Positions 29,099-43,920 are shown, numbered from the stretch's first letter. The stretch is 64,000 bases of DNA from Ptychomitrium polyphyllum (GCA_973851085.1 OZ316775.1:4464001-4528000), one strand, 5' to 3'. Numbers and translations are program-made. Notes: a model not told the origin generated them from the letters alone.

Positions 29099-31438
29099 AT
29101 GGATTCTCGACAAGCAGGAATGTTGCCGGCGATGAACCCCATGCTGTTGCAACACACGCTGCGCGGGTTGTGCACCGACTCCCAGTGGGTGTATGCCGTG
29201 TTCTGGCACATCTTGCCTCGCAATTATCCTCCTCCGCAGTGCGTAATTCCTCCGCCCTCCTCCACCTTACCCCTAGAGGCATGCACTTGCTAGTCCTGCA
29301 TGTGATGCGTCTGCCAGCGTCGTATGGCTGGCTTTTGCACAGCTACAGGATCTGGAGCTTGATCTTTGTCGCGACTCCCAATGCGCCACCAGAACTAGCT
29401 CTACTGACTTAGCCCTACTTCTCGGCCACTTCATAGTGCTCCTACACGTCCCAAAACAAACACATTCTCGATGCTGAACGTACAAAGACGTCGCTATGAT
29501 TCGCTGGTAGAGAGACTAGAAAGAGATTAAAATTCCCTTCGATGTTGTTAAGTAGTTCTCGTATGGACTGGAGGTTTTGATGTAGAGGATGAGACCATTG
29601 GTCTAGTACAGGTTCAGCGTTAATCTACATTTACTTGTTGGCAGTACTGGTTGCAGTTCAGGAGGGCAATTCGTGAATTTTCTACAATTGTGCGTGTGTG
29701 GGTGGGTACAGATGGGACACAGAAGGCGGCATCATGGACAGATCCAAGGGCAACAAACGCAACTGGTATGACTTGACTTCTCCTCATACTTGGTCCGGAG
29801 ATGCGGTTTATTCACTAGATTATCATGTTTGAGCTCCTCGATGATCTTCGCAGCGCTAAGTGTGCAAGCGGAAATTTATGCGCAGGATTTTGGTGTGGGA
29901 GGATGGGTTCTGCGACTTCGCAGCGTGCGCAAGCAGGACCGGTATCGAGTCGACAAGAGCTGCAAGCTCCTCATTCCTGTCTGCACGACAGCTCCGTCCC
30001 AACGTAGACGACGAGCCTGAGGCCATGAACCCGGAGCTCTTCTTCAAGATGTCGCACGAAGTCTACAACTATGGTGAAGGGTATCTATACCTCTCTCTTT
30101 CTCTCCTTCAACACCTACACTGTAAACCCTAAGCACTCTGTTTCTGAAACCCGAGCTCTAACAATCTGTTGCCTTGTAGATTGATGGGCAAGGTGGCCGT
30201 AGATAACAGCCATAAGTGGGTGTACAAAGAACCGCTGGAGAATGAGATCAGCTTCCTATCGCCTTGGCACGCTTCCCTCGACCCTGTAAGCACCTCCTAA
30301 CCGCCATGTCTCCACATCACTACATACCTCGAACTTTTGTGTCCATAGCTACTGACTTGGGGATTATTTTCTCGTGCTTTTGCATTTTATGTTGCAGCAT
30401 CCGCGCACATGGGAAGCGCAATTTAAGTCCGGAATTCAGACCATTGCCGTGGTAGCAGTACAAGAGGGCGTCCTCCAGCTCGGTTCCACGAAACGGGTAC
30501 GCCATCTCATCTGACCACCTTCTGCAGCTCTCTCCATCGTGGGAGGTGATCGACAATCAACAACATGATCTAAACGGTTTGAGTTTTGGTCTTTTTACTT
30601 GCAGGTCATGGAAGATTTGAGCTTCGTCCTGTACATGCAACGCAAGTTCAACTTCCTGCACTCCATCCCGGGCGTCTTTGTCCCCCATTCCACATCCGTC
30701 ACCAGCTGCACAAAACGATCAACCACCCCGCCGGGGTTGCCATCGCCGCCATTCGACGGGAGCTACGGCCATAGCCAGTTAACCATACGCTCCATCGATC
30801 AGTTCCTGTCGCCCCGCGTGGGCGCTCCCCACCCGTGGCAACCAATCTCCAACTCTCCCAGCACCGTCATCGCAGGCATGAAGCGCCCCTCCGAACCAAC
30901 CTCTCAATCTTTGAACCTGAAAGAATACGCCTACCTCAACGGCTTCGAATGCCGCCCGGAGTCATCACCATCGCCACCGAAGGTTCTCAACACGGGCCAT
31001 ACCAGCCCACACGGCGCCACCAGCCCCACTCTGCCTACGCTGCTGCCCTCCATGTCAAGTCTGCAAGCGCTCCTGTCCAAGCTCCCCAGCGTCACGCATC
31101 CTTTGGACGCCGAGAGCAACATTCATGGTATTCCTAGAACCTTTACCAGCAAGCGGCCGCCCATCTCGCGTTCCGTCAGCAAGGCCTCCAAGGAGGCGAT
31201 CTCCAATGGCAAGAGGATGGTGAAGGGAGAGACCATGGACTCCGGGAGCACTAATTCCGATGTGGGGGATGTGGAGACAGTGGGAAATCCGCAACGGAGC
31301 TCTAATATGGCTGATCATGCACATGAGAGCACCACATTTCTGGAGTCGTTTGAGAATCTGAATGAGTATGGGATCCCGGAAGCGCTAGAGAATGGCGACT
31401 CTAGTTACAGCTCGTTTCTGAACGAGATTTGCAGCTGA
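29099..31438 (+). CDS. RICE SALT SENSITIVE 3 (RSS3)-like protein with a bHLH-MYC N-terminal domain and no bHLH domain; exons 29099-29238, 29712-29765, 29886-30080, 30180-30285, 30398-30496, 30605-31438; 475 aa
   Basis: LQHTLRGLC...WVYAVFWHILPRNYPPPQW, NWILVWEDGFCDF, ELFFKMSHEVYNYGEGLMGKVA, HPRTWEAQFKSGIQTIAVVAVQEGVLQLGS, EDLSFV and C-terminal PSMSSLQALLSKLPSV. Five GT-AG introns keep the frame. Confidence 0.9.
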
Positions 31439-34050
31439 TCACATCATCGAGGGCAGATGTACGTTGTTTCCATGGCAACTACTCACCTTCAAATTGCTCA
31501 AGACATGTACAATCTATACAGCCTCGGAGTGGGGAGATGATCCACAAAGCGACGAATCAATTGCAAGAGTTTGTCTGAATGTAAGAAAGTTTACAATAAT
31601 GTTGGACAGGGTCAGGTTTGGTATGGACTAGGATGGTTCTTATTGATATGATTTGTATCATGTGAAGTAGTTGAGTTCGGCGATGGAGAGCAGGCAGACC
31701 AAGTGTTTGAACACGGTGCTGATTTTTCTTCTGGATTACGGGATTGTCACTTAGGATTGGGATTCATTGTACAGTACGGCTTAGGTAGACATGCAGGCAC
31801 CGTTGGTATGTGCTGCAGTGCTCGTGTTAGCTTTCTCGGTAAACTTGTGTGGTGTGTTTGTCCGAACTTGGACTAGGAAAAAATTGGTCTTTTGTGCCGA
31901 AGGCGGAAAGTAAAAAGTTCTCGTTGCTTGTCTAAACTGGCTGCCTTCTCAGTGGAACTCACTTGCTTGACACACAAACAACTTGCCAAGATTGTCAGGA
32001 TTGAAGCGAAGACTTAAACTTTCGTTGCTACCTATGCTGATTATGAGAAATTCGTTGAATTTGTAAAAACTAGTATCTACTTCATCTTAACTTGCCTTCC
32101 GGTAGCTCCATACTGGTGGATCAACGATCTCTCAAAGACAAAGTTTATAAAGCGGTGACTACAGCCACTACTTTCACAGAAAAGACAGAGCTCATTACAC
32201 TAAAGAGCAGAGAATGTACAATAGGATAGAAGTTATTGGAAACCAGCCGTTTTGGACACTCCAAAAGGTAAAATCAAACCTCAACTGCTAATCATTCCGA
32301 CTGATAGGATAGGTTACATCGAAAAGTGCCATTTAGGAGGGCCCAGTAACCCTGTTAAGCACCGAAAATAGCCTGGTACAGAAGCATGAGTCAAGCTGCG
32401 GATATCGATTTGGGCCCAAGGAGACAAGCGCCCGAAACACACAGGCTGCAAGCAGCCAAACTGGAAGGCATCAGCAGGCTCCGAAATTACAGCTGACCAG
32501 GTATTTCTTGGAAGTTGGGTGCGTTTGTTACCTGAATTACCTATTGTATCAAATGGCATTAACTTGCATCTTTGGAGGAGGTCCCCACCGCAATGATATT
32601 TATCAGCCTGATGATTCAAAAAGGAGCCTAGTGATAACTTATGGTTTCCTTATTGAGCTCAGGTTTGTATTTGGCATGTCATATGGATTGTACAGTATCG
32701 TGATTTGGATTGTACTGGATCATGTAACTTATGACTTGAGTTTGGAAGCGGTGACCATTCATTTCTACATGTTGGAACAGTGGAAAACTGATAAATAAAT
32801 TGATTGATTGTTTCACCCTTTTTCATATGAACAGTGTTGATTTTCAAGGGAGGAACCATGTTTAAAATAATGATAAATGTTCAATTTTTTTCCAAAAGAA
32901 GTATGTAAAGAATTATAAAAGTTTTACACGTGGAATAAATGCCTTTGGTGCCATCCTCTTCAGAGGGTTGGCTCCAGTGATAACTAGCCCGTGGACTTAG
33001 CTTGGTGTGATGACAAGAAATGTCTTTTCCACTGAGGTCTTGTTTTGAATATCTCCTTTTTGTCTTTCCATGCCCATGCTTGGGACCATACTCAATTGAC
33101 TTAGACTTTAGGATAAGTGGGAGCCACCTTGTTAGCAAGAAAACATCCAATTGGGCCTGGTAGCAGATTTTTCCTTTTTGTCACAGTTGGTATGCAGTAG
33201 TAGCCACTCACGTCCGCATTTTGATTGGTGTGCAAGGCTTGAGTTAGGGAGTAACTCATTTGCAACAATTGACATGTAACTTGTTTCTACTTCTGTGTAG
33301 TTTTGAACAACTATTTCCTTAATAATTTGGATAGGCAAGTGTTCACTGCAAAATAACTTTCAATAAGGGTGATGCACCTCCAGGCCACTAACTTTAACCC
33401 TTAAATTGAGCCACACCAATTGCAAAAAGAATATAAACGAAGAAAGCTGAGTGAATCTATAGTCATGCTCGAAGTCAAAGCTGTTTACTGCTTTCCAATC
33501 ATATGAAACTGTTAGGTTTCAAATAAATAAATAAAAATTGAAGCTGGTGGGAAAAACACCACCACACTGTAGCAGTCTGAAGATCATTGATGAGAGGCAG
33601 ATTGGTACATTTGCATGCTCTGGGAACCAGAAACACTGAATGTCCTTGGTTTCTGCTCTTTCTTCATACATTCTGCTTACATTTCTGCACATTCTACAGC
33701 GCGTTTCTATTAGTAGTGCTTAAAGTCCCAAGTTGTTTTTCCTGAACAGGATTATTGCCAGTGTAATAGTGGTTGTCGACCTCTCTTGAAAAGAGAATTG
33801 TTACAAATAGTAACTAATTACAAGTGAGATGATGTGATTGATTATAAGATTATTTCATAGTTCTTGTAAAGGTAAGATGGGGGTTGGATAATCAAAACAA
33901 TTTTTTTATGACTTGTCAAATGATTTAGACACACCATGTAGCCAAGATTATGTTGGTTGGCCAGTAAAGAGCTTAGCTTCTAGTAGTTCAAAAATTTAGT
34001 GGTCAAGTTAATAAAGCTCAATTTGTCTTTGAAGCAACTTCGACAAACCC

Positions 34051-34203
34051 TAATACTGCACATCGTTGATTATTTTGTAAATTCCAGAGAATATCTAAGA
34101 TAATACCGCACATCGTTGATTATTTTGTAAATTCCAGAGAATATCTAAGATAATACCGCACATCGTTGATTATTTTGTAAATTCCAGAGAATATCTAAGA
34201 TAA
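34051..34203. repeat. 50-bp tandem repeat x3
   Basis: TAATACCGCACATCGTTGATTATTTTGTAAATTCCAGAGAATATCTAAGA at 34051, 34101 and 34151, with one mismatch in the first copy. Confidence 0.97.
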
Positions 34204-34710
34204 GAATTTGATGTAATTAGGGAGTAAGAAGGGATTCCCTTCAATCTTGAGCTCATTAATGTTTTGCTTTTGTAGTACCACATAAGTTCTTATATCTAAA
34301 GTAAACAATAGTGGGAAGCTTGCATATGAACAAATTGTAAAAGTCCAAGTTTTATAGTTAATAAAATGATTCATTTTAAATGACAAAAATATTTTTTACT
34401 TTTATTCCTATTTTCAAGTTTTTCTTCTAAAAGACATTGGTTGTAATTTATTTCTACTAGAAAAAATGTTAATTCATATAAGCGATGTATTTATATATAG
34501 TCATACATTTTTCCTATGAAAGAAATCCCTCTTTAATAGCCATCCAATTATAATGCAAGAATGTAAGCCTCCCTATTTGCATCAAAAAAATCTAAGCATG
34601 TCCTTACATGTGCTACATACTTGATCTTGCAATTTTAAATATGTTTTTATGATTGAAAATCAGATGAATAATCTTATAATTAGTTCATGTTATAGTAGAA
34701 AACATGAAAC

Positions 34711-34741
34711 ATAATAATAATAATATTATTATTATTATTAG

Positions 34742-34773
<32 letters not shown>

Positions 34774-34790
34774 TTATTGTTATTATTGAT
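34711..34790. repeat. (AAT)/(ATT)n microsatellite, imperfect
   Basis: ATAATAATAATAAT followed by an ATTATT run with a few substitutions. Confidence 0.9.
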
Positions 34791-37700
34791 AATTGCTATT
34801 GTTATTTTTATTGTTGTTTTGCACCTTTGAATTACATTTGTAAAACTTTTATGCATTATATAATTAAACGTAATTGGTACTTGGTGAATTAAAAAGTGTA
34901 GGCTTTGAGCCTTAAACATGAATTTTATAAGAATTGAAAACGCTATCTTTTGGAAGGAAAATATAAGCAAAGTTTGACAAAGGGATAAAGCATATAAAAC
35001 ACATCAAATAGAAGCTAAATTGTTTTTGTAATACAAGAATGTATATTGTAAATGGAATTTATAATCTTGAATGACTTGCATCAATTCAAAATAGAATGGA
35101 TTTATGGATTTTTAAAAAAACAAGAATTCTTAAGCTAAATTTTTTTTATGGTTTATTTTCTTTTTTTTCATAATTTTTTTACAAAATCTTGGATGAGATT
35201 ACCAAACTTTTGTATACTTTTGCTAATATCTCGCCAAAATTTGCACTTTCATATTGAAATACTCTTGCATCTTTGTTGTGGTTCTCATTCATATTTGTAT
35301 TTGATCTATCATTCTCACTCATTGTTTTTTCAATTTCCTTCCAAAAAATAAAAACTTCAGGACAGGCAATGACAATATCATCAGTATTGGGGCGTCTGCA
35401 ATAGCTTGAAATAAAATGGTAACTGCTGAAGAAAGATACTTGCAAAGAAGGCACTTAAATCAAAAAATAATTTTGGTAAAATGAAATATGGAATTAAAGT
35501 GACCATCTTTAGTGTAGACTCGTGCATTGTAATAGAAATAGTAAAAAAATATTCATCACAAAGATTGAAGAAATTCTCTAAGCCAGAAGTGTCCAAAATA
35601 CAAAGTACAAATATAGACTTTAGAACATGGATCCTGGTTACACATTAATCAATCTATAAGTTCAAAAGTTGCAAAAATAGAATATTCTATAAATGGTGTT
35701 TATGTGTTTATTTTTCTTTTAAAATCTGTAATTAAAATATTGTTAGTATAGAATTGTTTTCATTTATGTATTATTTGTGTTGATTCGGTAGGAATAGGTA
35801 AGTAATTAAAGAACAACCAAATGAGTTGCATGGTGTTGATTTTGCAAGCAATCAAATGGTGTTAATTTCTCATCAAACCAAAATGGTGGTTACTTCTCAT
35901 TGGATTGCATAGTGGTGATTTCTTATTGAATCATATGGTGTTGACTTTAAGTGCCATGATGGTGGTAGCTTCTTTGTAATCTTTGTCAATGGTTTTCTAT
36001 TGGTTGCAAGGTCAAAAGGGGTGGGAATTTAAGGAATAAGAAATAGAATATTGAGATATTCAAATTGATATTAGAACAAAAAATTGTAACATGGAATTTG
36101 TATTAATGAGTATTTGAAATGGATTTAGAAATGTAAGTGTATTTTTTAAAAATCTAGAGTATTGAAGTGTACTTGGAAGGTTTAAAAGAATTAATTATTT
36201 TAAATTGAAGGAAATCTAATAAGTTAGAATTGAAGCATTTGGTTGAAATAGACAATTGAACTAATAAGAAAAGGTTATGAGCAAGATATAAATTTTTTTA
36301 CCTACCATAAAGAAAAACTTTGAGCTTACTAAACAAAGCACATTTATTTTGACAATACATTAAATCAAAGTATGTGAAGAAGAAGAAGCTGTTGATTGCC
36401 TTTTAAATACATTGTTAACACCATATAATGGAAGATTTCATTTATATTAAAGGTTTTTTTTTGTTAATGTATGTACTATTCCATTAAATGCAATTAGAAT
36501 TTTTTTAGTGGATAATTGGAGCTTTTTTAAAATAAAGATTATAAAAAATCTTATATCCATAAATAATATTATAAATAATAATATTGAATAACTAATTATT
36601 AAATGATGTAAAATTATAGATTTTAAAAGATTGAATTAGCTTTATTAAAGCATCCATTTTGTTTTTAGGCATTGCAATCTAAGTTTTTTTTTAAAATATA
36701 TAAAATTTCCTTTCTTTTGCTTTTCAAAGGCTGCATCAACTATTGTTTCTAAATCTAATGGAATATTCTATAAGAATCATGTTGATGTTTGTTTTTCTAT
36801 TTTATTATTGGCCGATCTACATTCTTCTTGAATTCATGTTAAATTGACAAATAAGCTTAATATTCATCATGCTTATAATAAAGGATTTATAGGACTATAA
36901 GAAATGAAATTCCAAAGAGTGATTTTATAATTTAATATACATTTGAGCATATGACATAAGTCAAAAAGTTGCTAATTCTTCATTTGTATTTATTGTCATT
37001 TATTCCATTTAATATCATCATTTATAATCTAGTTGTTTAAATACTTTGCTATGGCTCTTCCAACTTGGTAAATTTAATGGAATGTAAAGTATAATGTTTG
37101 ATTGCTTATGATCATTAACATACATTATATATGATAATTATATATTCACTTTTATGACATACTAAGTTTCAAAAGCCAATTAATTACATTGTGGATTGTA
37201 ATTTTTGCATTGATAATGCATGTTAGTTTCAACTTTGAATTAATAGATTCATTTTGAAGACATTCTATTGCTCAACTTTAATAAAATGATGGTATTATAA
37301 TGTGACCTTTTCTTATATAAAATATAGATATTGTATGTATTTACTATCATTTTAATTATGTAATTAATTAGATGTCAATGTAATTGATTTGAAGTAAATT
37401 GTTGGATTGAAGACTAAAGAAATGGAAAAAATTATGATAAACAAATAGCAAATTTATGCAAGCCACTAAGGAAGAAAGAGCTAAATTATCAAACTTTAAA
37501 GGCTTAGTTCTTGTTATTTAGCTACCAAACTTATACGGTACCTTTTTTTATAAGTCTTTATAATTTCTTTATATCTTTTGTACCTAAAGCATATGAGCTA
37601 TGAAATATGAGAATGTATATAATTAGGTGTTTACAATACAGTTGATACAAGAAAATTAAGCTATAGAGAAACATTTACCACAATTTGTTTGAAGCTTGTA

Positions 37701-40700
37701 TTATCATTAAATGTAGTGAATATGTTTATGATGAATTACAATAAAACAAATTGATTTCATGAAAACTAGAAATTCAAGTTGAAATTTATGCAAAAATGTT
37801 AAGGCTTTAATTACCAATTGACTATTCAAATTGATAATTTTCTTTAAATTGATGTAGATAGGTAATCAACGGCAGTTAGATTTAGATTAAGTATATAATC
37901 TATAATTAGATTTAATCAGAATATTTAACAAGAGTCTTAAAGGCATGTAATTTCTTTTGTTAACTTTGTTATGCAAGTTTTTAAACTCCCTTGGTATATT
38001 TTTTGCTAATAGATTTTTCTTGCACCATCATTAAATCTTTTTTTGGCTAGATTTTGCTAATTTTGAATATGAATTGAAGCCAAGTTTAGATTAAGGAGTT
38101 GATTTTGAAGAATATCAAAGATACAATGACAAAGACCATTGTTTTGTATTATTAAGTAATGTCCATTTAAATAACTAAACAATATAGTGACTAATCAATT
38201 GGAAAATACTTTAAAAAATGTTTTTCCATACTTAACAAAGGGCAAAGATGATTGGATTATATTGGGAGTTCAAAATGCATTAAAGATTTAGCACATGATT
38301 TTTAAAAAAAATTGAATAAGATCAATATATATTAAGGATGTTTTCTAAGTGGTACAAAATTACGACATTAAAAAGCTTTGTGTTAGTTTAAATACAAAAA
38401 AAATCTTTTTTTGGCATCTATTCTAATTAGTTAATAAAGTCTAAAATAATTATAAATATTATCATGCAATTTTTCTCTATTATTGCAAAAATTATTCAAA
38501 TTTATGTTGTTTTTAACCTTTTTCTATGGAAAATATTGTGGTATTTCAATATTTAAACAATTTTTCTTATTTGCTTCATTTGGCCACACTTTGTATAAAA
38601 TGTCTTTTTTTAAAACTACTTTCTTTCATAAATGGATGTTTTATAGAGCTACAAATTCCAAATCAATCTTCTCATAGATTTAAAAAAATCTAAATTATTT
38701 TAATTAATAAATTTGGAACCTTGGAATGGCTCATATTAATTTTGGATAAATTAAAATGTTGATGGATGCTATAATATAGTGTAATATGATACAAAAAAAA
38801 TAAATTTGCATCTATTGAATTGTATCAATATTAAAAATAATACATTATGCTTACATTTTTCATACAAGCAATATTTTGCAAAAGTATGTTTTGTTAAAAT
38901 TTTATGATTAAATGAGGCTAACTTGCATGTTTGTATTTTTTAATAAAATTGTTTAAATCATATAGTAAATTATCTTTGACAAACTTCCAAATGCTCTTTG
39001 TTTCAAGGATTTTAATTATGTTCTTGATTAAATATTATGCAAGAAAATGATTAGTCTTGATTATAATAATATGAGAAAAGAATTGGGAATGTCTATTTAG
39101 TAATTATATTTTTTACCATATTGAGAATACTTTTAACTATTGCACAATAGGAATGAAGAAGCTTTTGGTATTAGCTATGAATATTTGTTTAATACAAATC
39201 TTACAAATAGAAGACATTTTGGATTTGGAAGATGTTGGCTTCCAACAACAAGGGTACTTTTCACCTTATTAAAATTTTATATCCTTGATATACGTGTTTC
39301 TTCTATGGTTACATTTTAAAGTTTAATAAATTTCTACCTTCATTCCATTATTTGCTTAAACAAACGTCTTTGTTGATGTTAGGATTGTTAATTACGAAAT
39401 AGGAGGATTAGTTGAGAACATTGTTAGTAGAGAACTTACAAGAAATGAAAGAAAAGTATACTTGGAACAATCCAAAGATTTACTAAATGACTACCATTCA
39501 ATTAGTTTGTAAAAGAAACACACCTCAATGATTTTGGAACAAAAACCTAATTAATCACAAGAAATATATTACACCTTCAACTTTCTTGATTGAGGGTTTA
39601 AATACTATGTTTCAAATCTTATATTTTTAGATCTACATCCATTGTTTGAATTAAGAAACTCACAACCATCATGTGGTAATTACCGTTAAAAGATATCCGA
39701 TAGTATTGGTATAATTTTTTTGATAATATTGGATATAAGACTTAGTATGCTAGTAACAATTGAACTTTTGGTACTCTTTTTCAAATCACCATAACAAGTG
39801 GCAAAGTATTTGATTTGTAACCAAGATTCTCATGAACACTAGGAATTTCTTTGAATCTTTTCATAGCCCTTTGGTTGCCCTTAGCACTTCAACAATCGGG
39901 CATGTTTTACATTTTCATTGTATCAGATAAAAGAAAAATACAGGGTGACAATAGATTTGGTTTGAATTTCTTGATTTAATATAAACATAAAAAACCAAAT
40001 GGAAGGATAAACATATAATAATTAAAAAGAAAATCCAAAAAGGCCTGATAAACATTCTACAGAAAACGAATTTTAAGATTAAATAAGTTTAAGCAAAAGA
40101 GAGATTAACAAAAATTAAGGAAAAGAATCCAAAAATTTGATAATAATTATTTTGAATCATCCCTCATATATCAGACCTTCTCTCATTTAATGTTAATTTT
40201 ATATTTGAAGATCATTAGGATAATGCTTTTGGCTAAACATGAGGAGTGCATTTATTTTGTACTGATTGTAAACTTTCTTCACCACCCAAACTGCTTTGCC
40301 TAGTCATCTTTAGGGAAGGCTAGAAGAAAAAGATATGGTATGGAATTGCAGCACTTGAACACCAAGGACTCTCTATAGCTTGTATATAAAAGGCAGGATG
40401 GATCATGAGGAGTCAGTTGAAGGCCACAACTTAATTGCAACTACAGGCCCCCTCTCAGTTTAAAATCCAAATTGAAATAGTAAATGTGCATGCAACAAAC
40501 ATCGAGTCAAAGCATATTTGGACTTACAGTTGCAGTAAATAGTGGTCCTCTATATGTACTCTCCCATACATTCAATCAATGAGAAAGCGACTCAGCAAAC
40601 AACAAACAGAAGTCATGACAGCCTTACTTGTGAGTAGTAGTAGTTTGCGTCTTTCACAAATATTGTGTTGTGAGTTCCAAGCAAGTCCTTGTGAATTTTA

Positions 40701-40824
40701 TACAGTAGCCAAGGGGGCAGTAATCATTTATCAGCATCTTCAACTGTCACCCCCAATTCACAAATTCATAGGTATGTCCCTTTGCAACAGTTAACCCTTT
40801 ACGTTCTTCAGCTATCCTGGTTTT

Positions 40825-41315
40825 ACATCAAAACACATCAAAACACATCAAAACACATCAAAACACATCAAAACACATCAAAACACATCAAAACACATCA
40901 AAACACATCAAAACACATCAAAACACATCAAAACACATCAAAACACATCAAAACACATCAAAACACATCAAAACACATCAAAACACATCAAAACACATCA
41001 AAACACATCAAAACACATCAAAACACATCAAAACACATCAAAACACATCAAAACACATCAAAACACATCAAAACACATCAAAACACATCAAAACACATCA
41101 AAACACATCAAAACACATCAAAACACATCAAAACACATCAAAACACATCAAAACACATCAAAACACATCAAAACACATCAAAACACATCAAAACACATCA
41201 AAACACATCAAAACACATCAAAACACATCAAAACACATCAAAACACATCAAAACACATCAAAACACTTCAAAACACATCAAAACACATCAAAACACATCA
41301 AAACACATCAAAACA
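40825..41315. repeat. 10-bp minisatellite (AAACACATCA)n, 48 full units plus partial ends
   Basis: Perfect units from 40831 to 41310, except AAACACTTCA at 41261-41270. Confidence 0.99.
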
Positions 41316-43456
41316 GTACATTGTAGGTCATAAATTCTCCTTGCACATTTTTAAAAATTGAATTCTGTGTTCAAGGTATCTATTGTACTACATAACATTT
41401 TTTAGGTGGAATTTTTATGACCTTAGCACATTAATCAATAACACTATAAGAGAAAGACTTCACTTCTTTCCTAAGTTAATTTTATTTCTAAATATGATCT
41501 CTAGTAAGTATCTCACCAAACATTCTATTCTAGACGTAGTAGGTCATTTTGGCCAAAAAATATTATGTGTACACCATATCTAAATGTTTTCATAATAGTT
41601 TTGATGTTTTAGAGTTTTTCCTGAATTTTTTTTTGTTTTTTTTGGATTTCTATCTAAAATTTTTGAAGGTATTTCTATTTTTTGCTTTTATATATGTTTT
41701 TTGTATTCACCTTCAAAGAAATGCATGGCAACCATATAATCAAAGACCTAATTGTATCCCAAAAATTTCTAAAATTATTCACAAAATATTAGAGCATAGT
41801 TTAATTTGACTTTCTTATTATTGTAGGAATAACATGTTTATGTTAGAAACTCCAGCTTTATATAAATTTTCAAATGTATTAGTAGACACAATTATCTTCA
41901 AAGTCCTATTTATTTCAAAAATTATATGAATCAATTTAGTGTTATATTGCAACAAATATAACACTAAATTCCCAATTCAATTGTCTATATATGTTACAAT
42001 GAAATTCCTTGCTAATTTTTTCATTATATTGGAATAAAATTGTAAAATCATTTAAATGAACCACATTTCAAATATAAAAAGTCAATAATTTCTAAGATTC
42101 ATCATTTTTAAACTTGAGGTTTATAGCAAGCTCAACTGTGGTGTATAGCAACAACAAATTAAACAAAATTAGATCTCAAGGTTCTTTGTGTTGCATTATA
42201 AGTTCCATTTTTGAAATGTTTTTAACAAATTGAAACAAATTCTTAACAAATTTTAAAATAAACTTAAAAAACTTAATCTAATTTAATGTTTAATGTACCA
42301 CTTTTGGTCTTGTTCTTATAAGCTATGCAATAAGAAATGCTTGCTTTTTCATCATTCACTTAGAATTACATTCAATAATATTTGAGGCAAATATAACAAA
42401 GTTATTTTCAAATCAAATGAGGTCTTGTTATATTGGCTCTACAACATAACGATCTTTAACTTGATGACCTTACACAATGATCAACCGTACCAAAATAATA
42501 ATTTTTTTCCCCCGAAGAGCTAAACTTTGCTGAATTTGATTTATTATAGAGTATCTTACCTAAATGCTCTCCTACACAAATGGTACACAGTCATTTGGCT
42601 AAAGAATGTTGTGAATGGTACAAAAGACTTGTTTGCAGAACAAAAAGGAGAAAAGGGGAAAGAAAAAGCCTGGTTACCTGAAATGTAAAGGACCACCTGT
42701 CATCAAACAGAACCCATTTCCAAGCTCCCCTTTTGGAGACAGATCAATTCATTTGTTGCTTATTATTGAAGCAAGTGATCATGTTGTACTTACAGATGTT
42801 GTATTGGGTGGAGATGACTCCTTCATAAGACTTAAGAATAAATCAAGAGAGGGAACTGGCTGGGAGATGGATTGGTTCAACAATGTCAGATATACAAACC
42901 AACCAATAAGTTAGAGGAGATATTACCTCAGGGATAATGCTTGCAGGAAGAGTCAGTCTGGTTATTCAGATGTTGTGGCAGTGGCTGCTTGTTGCCTGTG
43001 GTAAACCAGAAACAAAAATACAAAAGCAAGAATTACTGTGCATTTTAAACCAAACAGTGAAGTGACGAAATAGCAACCTTGCAGCTGAAGGACTGCAGTG
43101 AAGCCTGAAAAAAAGCTAATGCTTGAAGTAGTTAATATGGAAAACATTTCTCCTTAGTGACCATTACTTTTAGTGAAAAATTTAAGCTATAGAAAATTGA
43201 ACATACAACATTTGTTGTGCTTGGTAGCACTGAATTTTGGCCTGAATGTGTTGTCTGACATGTGAAGACAAGTGCAATTGAAATCACTATCCAGAAAAAA
43301 GCAACTTCTTTGCTGCTTACTACAGTAATTGCACATAGCTGTGATGGTAGTTGCAGTCAGAAGATGGCACTGCCTTTGTAACAAAATGGCTTTCAACCTT
43401 AACAGTGAATGAGGTTGGGGAGAGAGGACATTGACTAATGTTTCCATTTATGCCTT

Positions 43457-43491
43457 GTGCATTATGTGCATCATGTGCATCATGTGCATCA
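43457..43491. repeat. 9-bp tandem repeat (TGTGCATCA) x~4
   Basis: TGTGCATTATGTGCATCATGTGCATCATGTGCATCA. Confidence 0.85.
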
Positions 43492-43510
43492 GTAAACTTG
43501 GAGGCAATAA

Positions 43511-43920
43511 TTGTGTTGTCAAAATGACATCAATCCATAACTTGTCATTTCTACGAAAATAATAATTTAATATTAAAATGATACAAAATGATACCAAAAT
43601 ATCACAAGTTAAAATGGCGACAAAATGGCATTAAAATGAAAATGTTTTGGATCAAAACAATGTCAATATGGCACAAAATGACATTGGTTAAAATGATTGA
43701 TTTTTGAGTAGTTTTGGAATTATATCAAAATTACATAAAGTGTCACGTTGTTATCATTTTAAGACATGTTAATAGTATTTGACACCATTTGAATCTACGT
43801 CACTTTGATGACATTTCGATGAGTATCATTTTGATATAATTTTGATGCAAAAATACATCAACTAATGTGGCACATGACACACATTCATTTTGATATTATA
43901 CCATGTCAAAATGACACAAA
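43511..43920. mobile_element. Foldback/MITE-like element with inverted clusters of short motifs
   Basis: The left half is rich in AAAATG(A/G) motifs and the right half in their complement (T)CATTTT. GTCAAAATGACA occurs near both ends. Confidence 0.45.

Noticed and set aside
34680..34970. Poly-Asn / poly-Ile ORFs
   Set aside because: Translations of the AAT microsatellite.
39150..39260. LDLEDVGFQQQG resembling a Tc1/mariner WFQQDGA motif
   Set aside because: Key residues are absent, and there is no extended ORF or TIRs.
40782..41333. 183-aa ORF with repeating HIKTHQNTSK
   Set aside because: It is the translation of the stop-free 10-bp satellite, has a non-ATG start and shows no coding evidence.
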